22,970 bases of DNA from a virus. Made by a program: the position numbers and the translations under genes. This document shows, piece by piece, positions 5,483-14,078 of this stretch (position 1 is the stretch's first letter; each line of letters opens with the position of its first letter). Under the pieces are notes generated by a model. It saw only the letters and a program-made list of their open reading frames with translations. It was not told the origin of the DNA and ran no database searches. The stretch is from the UHGV virus genome UHGV-0259249. The stretch is one strand, 5' to 3'.

Positions 5483-7596
5483 TGGGTTTTTCATCAGCCC
5501 GAAACCTTGGCAGGGACATATCTGCAGGATTTTCCCCACCACGTCGCATGCCGATTTCGGAGGCTGTTAAAAAATTCATGCGAGTTCCTAAGGGCGCGGG
5601 TAACTCAGTGCCATGGGATCCTGAACTGACGCCCTACATTATTGAACCTATGAACTGTTTGGCATCGCGTGAATACGATGCGGTGATTTTTGTTGGTCCT
5701 GCGCGAACAGGGAAGACCATCGGTCTGATCGATGGATGGGTTGTCTATACCATCGTCTGTGATCCTTCGGACATGCTCGTCGTGCAGATGACCGAAGATA
5801 AGGCTCGCGAGCATTCGAAAAAACGGCTCGACAGAACGTTCAGAAGCAGTACAGCGGTAAAGAAAAGAATGAGTCCACGTCGTAATGACAATAACGTCCA
5901 TGATAAGACGTTCAAGGATGGCTCATTTCTTAAAATTGGTTGGCCCTCAGTCAATATTATGTCGTCGTCGGATTACCGGTTTGTTGCCTTAACCGATTAC
6001 GACCGCTTTCCGGAGAATATCGACGGTGAAGGTGATGGTTTTTCCCTGGCTTCAAAACGTACCACCACATTTATGTCTGCAGGTATGACGTTGGTGGAGA
6101 GTTCGCCAGGGCGTGAGATCACAAACAGTAAGTGGCGCAGAACATCACCGCATGAAGCCCCGCCCACCACGGGGATCCTTTCTCTGTATAACCGTGGCGA
6201 TCGTCGTCGCTGGTACTGGCCCTGCCCGGATTGTGGTGATTATTTCCAGCCATCTATGGAGGCTATGACGGGGTATCGTGACAATCCTGATCCTGTAAAA
6301 GCGAGTGAAGCGGCTCATATATTATGCCCTCATTGTGGCAACCGAATCACCGCAGACATGAAACGTGAACTGAATGGACGCGGCGTCTGGCTGCGTGAAG
6401 GTGAGCAGATTGACAGAGAAGGGAATGTTACCGGAACGCCCCGTCATTCAAGAATTTCCAGCTTCTGGATGGAAGGGCCGGCTGCAGCCTATCAGACCTG
6501 GGCGCAACTGGTTTACAAACTACTGACTGCTGAGCAGGAATATGAAGCCACAGGCAGTGAGGAAACACTGAAGGCGGTGATTAACACCGACTGGGGATTA
6601 CCTTATTTGCCTCGTTCCGCAATGGAGTTGCGCAGTGCAGATGTTCTGATGCAGCGGGCTGAGGATTACGGTAAGCGCCTGGTACCGCCGAAAGTGCGTT
6701 TTCTTATTGCGGCGGTGGACGTGCAGGGCGGGAAGAACCGACGGTTTGTGGTGCAGATTATTGGTTATGGCGAGGACGGTGAACGCTGGCTGGTGGACCG
6801 TTATAACATCCGACAGTCATTGCGCTGCGATGAAAATGGCGAAGCATTACCTGTGCATCCCGGGGCTTATCCTGAAGACTGGCAGCTGCTGGTCACCGAT
6901 GTACTGGAGAAAACGTATCCGCTCCAGTCCGATCCGGCCCGCAGAATGCCTGTACTGGCAATGGCGGTGGACAGTGGTGGTGAAGATGGAGTGACGGATA
7001 ACGCCTATAAATTCTGGCGAAAATGTCGTCAGGATGGACTGGGGCGACGGGTTTTTCTGGTAAAGGGAGACAGCACGAAACGCCAGAAAATTATCACCAT
7101 CACACACCCGGATAATACCGGGCGAAGCGATCGCCGTGCGGATGCTCAGGGAAAGGTGCCGGTATATCTCCTGCAGACAGACCTGCTGAAAGATCAACTA
7201 AGCAATAACCTGCAACGTGAAATGCCCGGGCCGGGCTACATTCATTTTCCTGACTGGCTCGGGGAGTGGTTTTATGAAGAGTTGACCTATGAGGAACGCG
7301 GTGCTGACGGGAAATGGCGCAAGCCGGGAAAAGGGAATAACGAAGCGTTTGACCTTTTTTGCTATGCCCATGCCGTCGCCATTCTGCGTGGCTATGAAAA
7401 AATCCGTGACTGGAGCAACCCTCCCCAGTGGGCAAGAGGGCAGGATGCTGACGCGGGTGCTTCGGCAGACAGACGTTCTTCCGGCACAGTGGACAAGAAA
7501 AACGTTGCCGGAAGAGATGAGCGGCAAAAAGCAGCGTCGCCGGAAGCGTTATCCGGAAACTGGTTATCACTACCCCGAAACGGAGGATGGTTGTGA
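5482..7596 (+). CDS. terminase large subunit, lambda GpA family
   Basis: 704 aa. Walker A-like 'GPARTGKT'; C-terminal blocks 'FLIAAVDVQGGKNRRFVVQIIGYG', 'YLLQTDLLKDQL' and 'NEAFDLFCYAHAV' parallel lambda gpA ('YLTAGIDSQLDRYEMRVWGWG', 'NEALDCFVYALAA'). Cys-rich 'CPDCGDYF...CPHCGN' zinc-ribbon-like element. Confidence 0.9.
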   Translation: MGFSSARNLGRDISAGFSPPRRMPISEAVKKFMRVPKGAGNSVPWDPELTPYIIEPMNCLASREYDAVIFVGPARTGKTIGLIDGWVVYTIVCDPSDMLVVQMTEDKAREHSKKRLDRTFRSSTAVKKRMSPRRNDNNVHDKTFKDGSFLKIGWPSVNIMSSSDYRFVALTDYDRFPENIDGEGDGFSLASKRTTTFMSAGMTLVESSPGREITNSKWRRTSPHEAPPTTGILSLYNRGDRRRWYWPCPDCGDYFQPSMEAMTGYRDNPDPVKASEAAHILCPHCGNRITADMKRELNGRGVWLREGEQIDREGNVTGTPRHSRISSFWMEGPAAAYQTWAQLVYKLLTAEQEYEATGSEETLKAVINTDWGLPYLPRSAMELRSADVLMQRAEDYGKRLVPPKVRFLIAAVDVQGGKNRRFVVQIIGYGEDGERWLVDRYNIRQSLRCDENGEALPVHPGAYPEDWQLLVTDVLEKTYPLQSDPARRMPVLAMAVDSGGEDGVTDNAYKFWRKCRQDGLGRRVFLVKGDSTKRQKIITITHPDNTGRSDRRADAQGKVPVYLLQTDLLKDQLSNNLQREMPGPGYIHFPDWLGEWFYEELTYEERGADGKWRKPGKGNNEAFDLFCYAHAVAILRGYEKIRDWSNPPQWARGQDADAGASADRRSSGTVDKKNVAGRDERQKAASPEALSGNWLSLPRNGGWL

Positions 7597-7811
7597 AAAA
7601 AGATGAGATTTTCCAGATGCTGGTTATCGTGCGTCAGGCATACAGGGATTCCCTGGATGGTAAAAGTGTGTCTTTTACCGGGGTGAATGGCAGGTCGATC
7701 ACCAACCATGATCCTGTTGCATTGCGCAGGGAACTTGAATACTGGGAAAAACGCTGGGCGGCGGCCTGCCAGCCCACAAGGAAACCGTACAAACTCGCCC
7801 GTTTCTCCTGA
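7593..7811 (+). CDS. head-tail joining protein, gpW-like
   Basis: GTG 7593 with GGAGG 6 nt upstream (ATG 7587 also possible, but spacing to the RBS is 0). ~72 aa; 'RDSLDGKSVSFTGVNGRSITNHDPVALRRELEYWEKR' resembles lambda W '[37 protein letters not shown]'. Confidence 0.65.
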   Translation: MKKDEIFQMLVIVRQAYRDSLDGKSVSFTGVNGRSITNHDPVALRRELEYWEKRWAAACQPTRKPYKLARFS

Positions 7812-7819
7812 GGTTTTTT

Positions 7820-9331
7820 ATGGGTTTTTTTGATAAAGCACTTGGTGCAATTGCGCCAGGGTGGGCAGTTACGCGCGCCAGAAACAAAATGCTGCTGAGA
7901 GCTTATGAGGCGGCGCAGCCTTCACGCCTGAATAAAGCCCGGCGTGAGAGTCGTTCTGCCGATACAGCAGTTTTTTCTGCTGGCACTTCGTTAAGGGAGC
8001 AGGCCAGGGCGCTGGATGAAGATCATGATATCGTGATTGGTCTGCTGGATAAGCTGGAAGAGCGGGTTATTGGTGCGCAGGGGATCCAGGTTGAACCACA
8101 ACCACTGAGAAGCGATGGCACCCTGCATGAATTGCTGGCAGAGCAGATCTCGGCATTGTGGTCTGAATGGTCTGTTCGCCCTGAGGTCACGGGGATGTTC
8201 ACTCGCCCGGAGGCCGAACGGATGGCATTGCGATCTGCTTTGCGTGATGGCGAGATGTTCGTACAACTGGTGCGTGGTCCTGTCGCCGGTCTGAATCATT
8301 CCACTGTGGTGCCATTATCACTGGAACTTCTCGAAGCAGATTTTGTTCCGGTCAGTCTGAACACGAACGCGGGTCAGCAAGTCCGCCAGGGCATTATTCT
8401 TAACAACTGGGGGCGGCCTGTAGGGTATCGGGTTTATAAATACCATCCTGCAAATATGCGTGGATTCAGCGCCGATCTCAAAACTGTTCACGCAGACAAC
8501 ATGCTTCATCTGGCGATGCGGAAACGGCTTCATCAGGTGAGAGGTGTCAGCCTGTTACATGGTGTGATTCGCCGGATTGCTGATCTGAAAGATTACGAAG
8601 AATCAGAGCGTGTGGCTGCCCGTATTGCTGCCGCGCTGGGTTTCTACATTAAGCGTGGTGATGCCGCCAGCTTTCCGACGGATAACGACTGGACACCCAC
8701 AGAACAAAAACCCCGATACTTTGATATTTCGCCGGGCATGATTTTTGACGAACTGGCCCCCGGTGAAGATCTGGGGATGGTGGAGTCGAATCGTCCGAAT
8801 GTTCATCTTTATGAATTCCGGAACGGGCAGTTGCGTGCTGTGGCTGCCGGAACCCGTGGCAGTTATTCCAGTATTGCCCGTGACTATAACGGCTCCTACA
8901 GTTCGCAGCGTCAGGAGCTGGTGGAAGGTTACGAAGGCTACGGGGTTTTACAGCAGTGGTTTGTCGGTCAGTACAGCCGCCCGGTGTACCGGGCATGGCT
9001 GGAGCAGGCGATACCTTTTCTTGAAATTCCTCCTGATGTGGATATGTCCACGTTTTTCAATGCCACTTATCTTGGCCCGGTGATGCCGTGGATTGATCCG
9101 GTGAAGGAGGCTGCAGCATGGCGGGCCATTCTTCGCGGTGGTGCCGGGACGGAGGCCGAGTGGATACGTGCCCGTGGGCAGTCACCGCAGGAGGTCAAAC
9201 GTCAGCGACTGCGTGAAACTGAATTTAACCGGGAAAACGGGCTGGTGTTCGATTCTGACGCCGCTAACGATAAAGGAGTGATCCCTGATGCAGCAAATGA
9301 TAAACCCGCGTCTTCGCGGGACGATGATTAA
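7820..9331 (+). CDS. portal protein (lambda gpB-type)
   Basis: 503 aa, positioned directly after terminase and W and before the prohead protease; size and order fit the lambda-type portal. Start ATG 7820. Confidence 0.8.
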   Translation: MGFFDKALGAIAPGWAVTRARNKMLLRAYEAAQPSRLNKARRESRSADTAVFSAGTSLREQARALDEDHDIVIGLLDKLEERVIGAQGIQVEPQPLRSDGTLHELLAEQISALWSEWSVRPEVTGMFTRPEAERMALRSALRDGEMFVQLVRGPVAGLNHSTVVPLSLELLEADFVPVSLNTNAGQQVRQGIILNNWGRPVGYRVYKYHPANMRGFSADLKTVHADNMLHLAMRKRLHQVRGVSLLHGVIRRIADLKDYEESERVAARIAAALGFYIKRGDAASFPTDNDWTPTEQKPRYFDISPGMIFDELAPGEDLGMVESNRPNVHLYEFRNGQLRAVAAGTRGSYSSIARDYNGSYSSQRQELVEGYEGYGVLQQWFVGQYSRPVYRAWLEQAIPFLEIPPDVDMSTFFNATYLGPVMPWIDPVKEAAAWRAILRGGAGTEAEWIRARGQSPQEVKRQRLRETEFNRENGLVFDSDAANDKGVIPDAANDKPASSRDDD

Positions 9332-11378
9332 TCCCCGCGCCAGCCTTGCGGGGGTGGATGCCGCTAATGGTCAGTGCTGGTATGAAATCCGTGCGCAGAC
9401 TGCCGGGCGGGTGGAAATTTACCTCTATGACGTGATTGGCGGATGGGGCATCACCGCGCAGCAGTTTATTGCTGACTGTAAGGATGCGGGGGTGTTTGAG
9501 GCCAGCGCTATTGATCTGCATATCCACAGCCCGGGCGGTGATGTGATGCAGGGGTTTGCCATTTTTAACACGCTGTCACGGCTGAAAGCGAAGGTGGATA
9601 TCTGGGTGGATGGTGTTGCAGCCAGCATGGCCTCCATGATTGTCTGCCTGCCTGGCGCCACAGTGCATATGCCTGAAAATTCCTGGCTGATGATACACAA
9701 GCCGTGGGGCGGGATCGCCGGTGATTCCGATGATATGCGTGATTATGCTGACTGGCTGGATCGCAACGAGGCGCTGATGCTGTCAGCCTACATGAATAAA
9801 ACCGGACTCGGGCAGGAGGAGCTGGAAGCCATGCTGAAAGCAGAAACCTGGCTGAACGGTGCTGAAGCCGTGGAAAAAGGCTTCGCTGATACGCTTGAAC
9901 CTGAATTACAGGCTGCGGCCTGTGTGAACCAAAATAAACTGAAGGATTACCATAATATGCCAGAACAGATTAACGCGCTTTTTGCTCCACGTGCAGAAAC
10001 GACAAACGGACAGCCGCAGGAGCCGAAAGCAACCCCGCAAAATGCGCAACAGATCGCTGCTCAGCAGGCACCATTAACCGGAAATGTGGATATCAGCGCA
10101 ATTGCTTCGCAGGTTCAGCAACAACTGATGGCAGCCAATGCGGAACGTGTGCAGGCTGTAACCGCAGTTTTTGCCTCTTTCCCGTCTTATGCCGCACTGA
10201 AAGCGGAGTGTCTGAACGACATGACCTGTACGGAAGCACAGGCCCGTGAAAAACTGTTGCAGGCGCTGGCAGCCGGAACGACACCAAGTGCAGGCCCGGG
10301 CGCTGTTCATATTCATGCCGGGAACGGTAATCTGGTCGGCGATTCCATTCGTGCGGCTGTGATGGCACGCGCCGGATATGCCGAAGCAGAAAAAGATAAT
10401 GCTTATAACGGTTTTACACTGCGCGAGCTGGCGCGTGCTTCGCTGGTTGATCGCGGTATCGGTATCTCCGGTCATTCCGCACCGATGGCGATGGTGGGGC
10501 TGGCATTTACTCACAGCAGCAGCGATTTCGGCAATATCCTGATGGATGTGGCTCATAAAGCTGCGTTGCAGGGCTGGGATGATGCCAGCGAAAATTTTGA
10601 CAAATGGACCCGTAAGGGAACGCTGACTGATTTTAAAACCGCGCATCGTGTCGGGCTGGAAACTTTCCCGACGCTACGAAAAGTATTGCCGGGGGCTGAA
10701 TATAAATATGTGACCCTGAAAGATCGTGGCGAACCGATTGCACTGGCGACTTATGGCGAATTGTTCAGCATTGATCGCCAGACCATCATCAATGATGACC
10801 TGGATATGCTGACCCGTATTCCGATGGCAATGGGGGCGGCAGCGCGGACTACCGTGGGTGATCTGGTCTGGGCCGTGCTGACCAGCAATCCGAAAATGTC
10901 GGATGGCAAACCGCTGTTCCATGCAGATCATGGCAACCTGGTGACTGCAGATTTGTCTATTGAGGGGCTGGATTCCGGGCGTAAAGCCATGCTGCTCCAG
11001 AAATCGGGTGACCGCCGCCTGAACATTCGTCCTGCTTTTATGTTGACGCCTGTTGCCATTGAGTCGCGTGCCAATCAGTTGATTAAGTCTGCCAGCGTGC
11101 CCGGTGCAGATGCGAACAGCGGCATTATTAACCCGATTCAGAATTTTGCCACGGTTCTGTCAGAGGCCCGTCTTGATGACAGCAGCCCGACGGATTATTA
11201 CCTGGTAGCAGCGCAGGGGCGTGACACGATTGAAGTGGCTTACCTCGACGGTATTGATACGCCGTATCTGGAGCAGCAACAGGGCTTTACGGTTGATGGT
11301 GCAGCATTCAAGGTGCGCATTGATGCCGGAGTGGCACCGCTTGACTGGCGTGGCATGGTCAAAGTGAAAAAACAATAA
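9288..11378 (+). CDS. prohead protease (ClpP/S14-like) - scaffold-like linker - major capsid protein fusion (696 aa)
   Basis: N-terminal ~200 aa has ClpP-like features ('HIHSPGGDVMQGFAIFNTL', 'VAASMASMIVCLPGATVHMPENSWLMIHKPWGG'); a Q/A-rich low-complexity linker (~aa 230-330); the C-terminal ~340 aa has capsid-like character. One uninterrupted frame with no internal stop. Confidence 0.8.
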   Translation: MQQMINPRLRGTMINPRASLAGVDAANGQCWYEIRAQTAGRVEIYLYDVIGGWGITAQQFIADCKDAGVFEASAIDLHIHSPGGDVMQGFAIFNTLSRLKAKVDIWVDGVAASMASMIVCLPGATVHMPENSWLMIHKPWGGIAGDSDDMRDYADWLDRNEALMLSAYMNKTGLGQEELEAMLKAETWLNGAEAVEKGFADTLEPELQAAACVNQNKLKDYHNMPEQINALFAPRAETTNGQPQEPKATPQNAQQIAAQQAPLTGNVDISAIASQVQQQLMAANAERVQAVTAVFASFPSYAALKAECLNDMTCTEAQAREKLLQALAAGTTPSAGPGAVHIHAGNGNLVGDSIRAAVMARAGYAEAEKDNAYNGFTLRELARASLVDRGIGISGHSAPMAMVGLAFTHSSSDFGNILMDVAHKAALQGWDDASENFDKWTRKGTLTDFKTAHRVGLETFPTLRKVLPGAEYKYVTLKDRGEPIALATYGELFSIDRQTIINDDLDMLTRIPMAMGAAARTTVGDLVWAVLTSNPKMSDGKPLFHADHGNLVTADLSIEGLDSGRKAMLLQKSGDRRLNIRPAFMLTPVAIESRANQLIKSASVPGADANSGIINPIQNFATVLSEARLDDSSPTDYYLVAAQGRDTIEVAYLDGIDTPYLEQQQGFTVDGAAFKVRIDAGVAPLDWRGMVKVKKQ

Positions 11379-11380
11379 AT

Positions 11381-11405
11381 AACCGCCGGACAGGGCGGTT
11401 TTTTT
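11381..11405 (+). terminator. intrinsic terminator after the capsid gene
   Basis: AACCGC(11381-11386)/GCGGTT(11395-11400) stem followed by T5; a second small hairpin GGCGCA-ttt-TGCGCC follows at ~11414-11428. Confidence 0.65.
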
Positions 11406-11450
11406 ATGGCTGAAGCGGCGCATTTTGCGCCGCATTTACCGGAGAAAAAA

Positions 11451-11780
11451 ATGTCAAAAAATTTTGTTCAGGACGGAAAAAACGTCGACTGGGTGAACGG
11501 GACCGGGAAGGCGGTGTCATCTGGCGATCTGGTTGTTCAGGATAATCTTGTTGGTGTTGCTCACGCTGATATTCCGGACGGGGATGTGGGCATTCTGCAT
11601 ACGGTGGGGGTTTTCTCTTTACCTAAAGAGGCAGAGGCGCTGACGCAAGGCAAGCTGGTGTATTTCAAAGCGGATACGGCAACACTGACCGCAACGAAAT
11701 CAGGTAATACGCTGGTGGGAACAGTATGGGCATCGGCTGAAGCCGGAGATGCCTGTGTTTGTGTGCGTCTGGGGTACTGA
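11451..11780 (+). CDS. head decoration protein (gpD-like)
   Basis: ATG 11451 with GGAGA 7 nt upstream (the track start 11406 lies inside the terminator T-run). ~109 aa, placed right after the capsid gene; Gly/Val-rich beta-type sequence similar in style to lambda D. Confidence 0.55.
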   Translation: MSKNFVQDGKNVDWVNGTGKAVSSGDLVVQDNLVGVAHADIPDGDVGILHTVGVFSLPKEAEALTQGKLVYFKADTATLTATKSGNTLVGTVWASAEAGDACVCVRLGY

Positions 11781-12136
11781 TGCATCGATTTCATAAACGG
11801 CTGATGCGGGCAGATGCCCGCATTTCCCGGCTTTTTTCCGAGGAGTGTCCGGCGATACTGTCTATTGGCAGCGAGCGTCGCCCTATTATGGTGATTTTTG
11901 AATCTCCGGATGCGCCGGTTCGTGTTCCGGGTGGTGGAGAAATTAACGATCAGGCTCCGGCATTCAGCGCACTGACAGAGGATATTAAGGGGCTCAGCAC
12001 AAATTGCACAGTGGAGCTGAACCACGAATTTTACCGCGTCACGCATATAGGTGCGGATGAAATGGGGCGCACACGCGTAACGCTCGGGCGTGGACGGGGG
12101 ACATCATTACCGACCATCGAATGGAGTAAAAAATAA
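11780..12136 (+). CDS. head completion / head-tail connector protein (family uncertain)
   Basis: ATG 11780 overlaps the stop of the decoration gene (TGATG). 118 aa; assigned by position between the head and tail-completion genes only. Confidence 0.45.
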   Translation: MHRFHKRLMRADARISRLFSEECPAILSIGSERRPIMVIFESPDAPVRVPGGGEINDQAPAFSALTEDIKGLSTNCTVELNHEFYRVTHIGADEMGRTRVTLGRGRGTSLPTIEWSKK

Positions 12137-12157
12137 ACTTCATAAGGAGATGTCGCA

Positions 12158-12841
12158 ATGGCGCGGGCATCACGCATCCGGCGAAATCTGTTGTTTGATA
12201 TCGACGTCGAAGAATTGCGGGATATTGTGGCGCAGGCTGGCGCAACGCAGCACCAGTTTCGTCTGGCCTATTCCCGCGCACTGAAGCGAACGGCATCAAA
12301 AATGCGCATGAAGGCGCTTGCGGAACTGAAAACCGGCCTGGCTCCCCGCAAAATGGACATGCTGCGCAGGCGTCTTTTTTCCACCCGCATTACCTGGGGT
12401 AATGCAATGGATGAAGCCCGTTTCTGGTTTGGTCTTAATGCGATCAAGATAAAGGATCTGCGCGGACGCATTCGTGGACGACGTGTTCGTCATCATGATC
12501 TCCGTGATCCGGTAACCGGGCGGTTTATCAAAGAGAACCGTGCCCGGCGACGTCGCCGCAAAGCCAGCGATCCCGTTTTTGAACCCAACGGTTCGTTTTT
12601 ATCTCCTGCCGCGTATGAAAACGGGCTGGTGATACGCAGCCGTAAAGAGAACCGACGAACGATCATCATCAAAAATCCGGAGACGGGGCGCGTCCGTGAA
12701 GCCGAGGCCAACATTTACGCCCGCACGATGGATTACGTGGAGGATGTGGCTTTTGCGGAGTGCCTGGAGATTTTTATGAAAGAGTTCGAATCAGACATCC
12801 GGCGACGCGCGAAGTACGGCATTACCGTGACCCCCCGATAA
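12158..12841 (+). CDS. Arg-rich tail-completion / virion morphogenesis protein (gpZ-like class)
   Basis: AAGGAG 8 nt upstream of ATG 12158. 227 aa with a poly-Arg block 'RARRRRRKAS', reminiscent of lambda gpZ-type proteins. Family call is tentative. Confidence 0.5.
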   Translation: MARASRIRRNLLFDIDVEELRDIVAQAGATQHQFRLAYSRALKRTASKMRMKALAELKTGLAPRKMDMLRRRLFSTRITWGNAMDEARFWFGLNAIKIKDLRGRIRGRRVRHHDLRDPVTGRFIKENRARRRRRKASDPVFEPNGSFLSPAAYENGLVIRSRKENRRTIIIKNPETGRVREAEANIYARTMDYVEDVAFAECLEIFMKEFESDIRRRAKYGITVTPR

Positions 12842-12857
12842 AAAACGTGAGGATGTA

Positions 12858-13427
12858 ATGGCTGAACCCTTATGCATGGCATCCTGGCACACTGCTGTGC
12901 TGGATGCCCTGAAAAAACTTAAATGGATCAATGATGCGGACACCTATCCGGAACGGGTCACGCAGCTGGTCACTCCGGCGGTGTTTCTGGCGGTCGATGG
13001 CTGGGATGCGAAAAGCAATGCAGACGGGCAGATGACGGTGGTGTTGTCTGCTGCGCTGTGGGTACTGGTTGACCGTGCCGGTGAGCCGGATAAAGAAAAA
13101 AAAGAAGAACGCAGGGCGATAAAGCCGGATATTTTTATCCGTTCGGCGGCAGCCGCGTTGTCGCACTGGCTCGACGGGCAGACGTTTGGACTGGCAAATG
13201 TGGAGCCTGCCATTTTTATATCAGCGGACGCAGATGAAACCGATCCGCGTCTGGATGATTATCTGGTCTGGCAGATTTCATTTAACCAGACGGTGACGTT
13301 TGGTATGGATCCCTTTGCCACGGATAACCTGCCGCTACAGCGGGCCTGGCTGGGCGTGGCACCGGAGATCGGGCGACAGCATGTGGATGATTACCGGCTG
13401 ATTTTTGAGGGAAAGCCACGTGAATGA
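12858..13427 (+). CDS. tail terminator / completion protein (weak gpU-like N-terminus)
   Basis: GAGG upstream of ATG 12858. N-terminal 'WHTAVLDALKK' resembles lambda gpU 'ELRAAVLDALEK'; located immediately before the baseplate and sheath genes. Function tentative. Confidence 0.45.
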   Translation: MAEPLCMASWHTAVLDALKKLKWINDADTYPERVTQLVTPAVFLAVDGWDAKSNADGQMTVVLSAALWVLVDRAGEPDKEKKEERRAIKPDIFIRSAAAALSHWLDGQTFGLANVEPAIFISADADETDPRLDDYLVWQISFNQTVTFGMDPFATDNLPLQRAWLGVAPEIGRQHVDDYRLIFEGKPRE

Positions 13428-14040
13428 GGTTCTGGGGGATTTACAGCGCCGCCTGGCAAATATGGTCCGGCGTGGGGTGATCCACTCGGTGCGGCTGGAC
13501 GGTGGTTTTCCGGAATGCCGCGTGGATCTGGGGGATATTGTGACCACCTGGCTGCCATTGTGTCAGGGTTTTGCCGGAAAAAACCGGGCAGATTTTGAGC
13601 CGTTTGCTGTGGGGGATGCGGTTACGGTGCTGTCAGAGGCCGGGGAGCTGAATAACGGTCGTGTTTTTCCCGGCTGGAATACCGGTGCGGCACCGGCTCC
13701 GCAGGGCAGCGACAGTGAGCACATCACCCGTTACGGAGATGGCACGGAAATTTGCTATAACCGGGAGACGCACTCACTGACCATTATTCTGGCAGAAGGG
13801 GGCACCTATGCCATTACCGGGAATGGTGTGCTGGACGGAAACGTCATGATCTCAGAAGACCTGATCGTGAACGGACGCACGATGGTTGAAGGTGAAGTGG
13901 TGGTGAAAAGTGATTTTTATGCAAAAGGCGAGGTGACGGATAAATCCGGCAGCATGAGCCGGATCCGGGAAACGTATAATGGACACGACCATCCCGGAGA
14001 CAGTGGGGGAACCACGAAAGTACCGAATCAGAAAATGTGA
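13420..14040 (+). CDS. baseplate spike protein, P2 gpV / Mu gp45-like
   Basis: GTG 13420 with GAGGGAAAG upstream. N-terminus 'VNEVLGDLQRRLANMVRRGVI' parallels P2 V 'MNTLANIQELARALRNMIRTGII'; C-terminal 'YNGHDHPGDSGGTTKVP' matches the conserved HxH...GDSGGTT spike apex. Confidence 0.8.
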   Translation: MNEVLGDLQRRLANMVRRGVIHSVRLDGGFPECRVDLGDIVTTWLPLCQGFAGKNRADFEPFAVGDAVTVLSEAGELNNGRVFPGWNTGAAPAPQGSDSEHITRYGDGTEICYNRETHSLTIILAEGGTYAITGNGVLDGNVMISEDLIVNGRTMVEGEVVVKSDFYAKGEVTDKSGSMSRIRETYNGHDHPGDSGGTTKVPNQKM

Positions 14041-14061
14041 CCTGCTGCGGCAGGTTTTTTT
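14041..14061 (+). terminator. intrinsic terminator-like hairpin between V and the sheath gene
   Basis: CCTGC-tgcg-GCAGG followed by T7 (14055-14061), immediately after the V stop codon. Confidence 0.55.
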
Positions 14062-14078
14062 ATGTCCGGAGAATGCAA

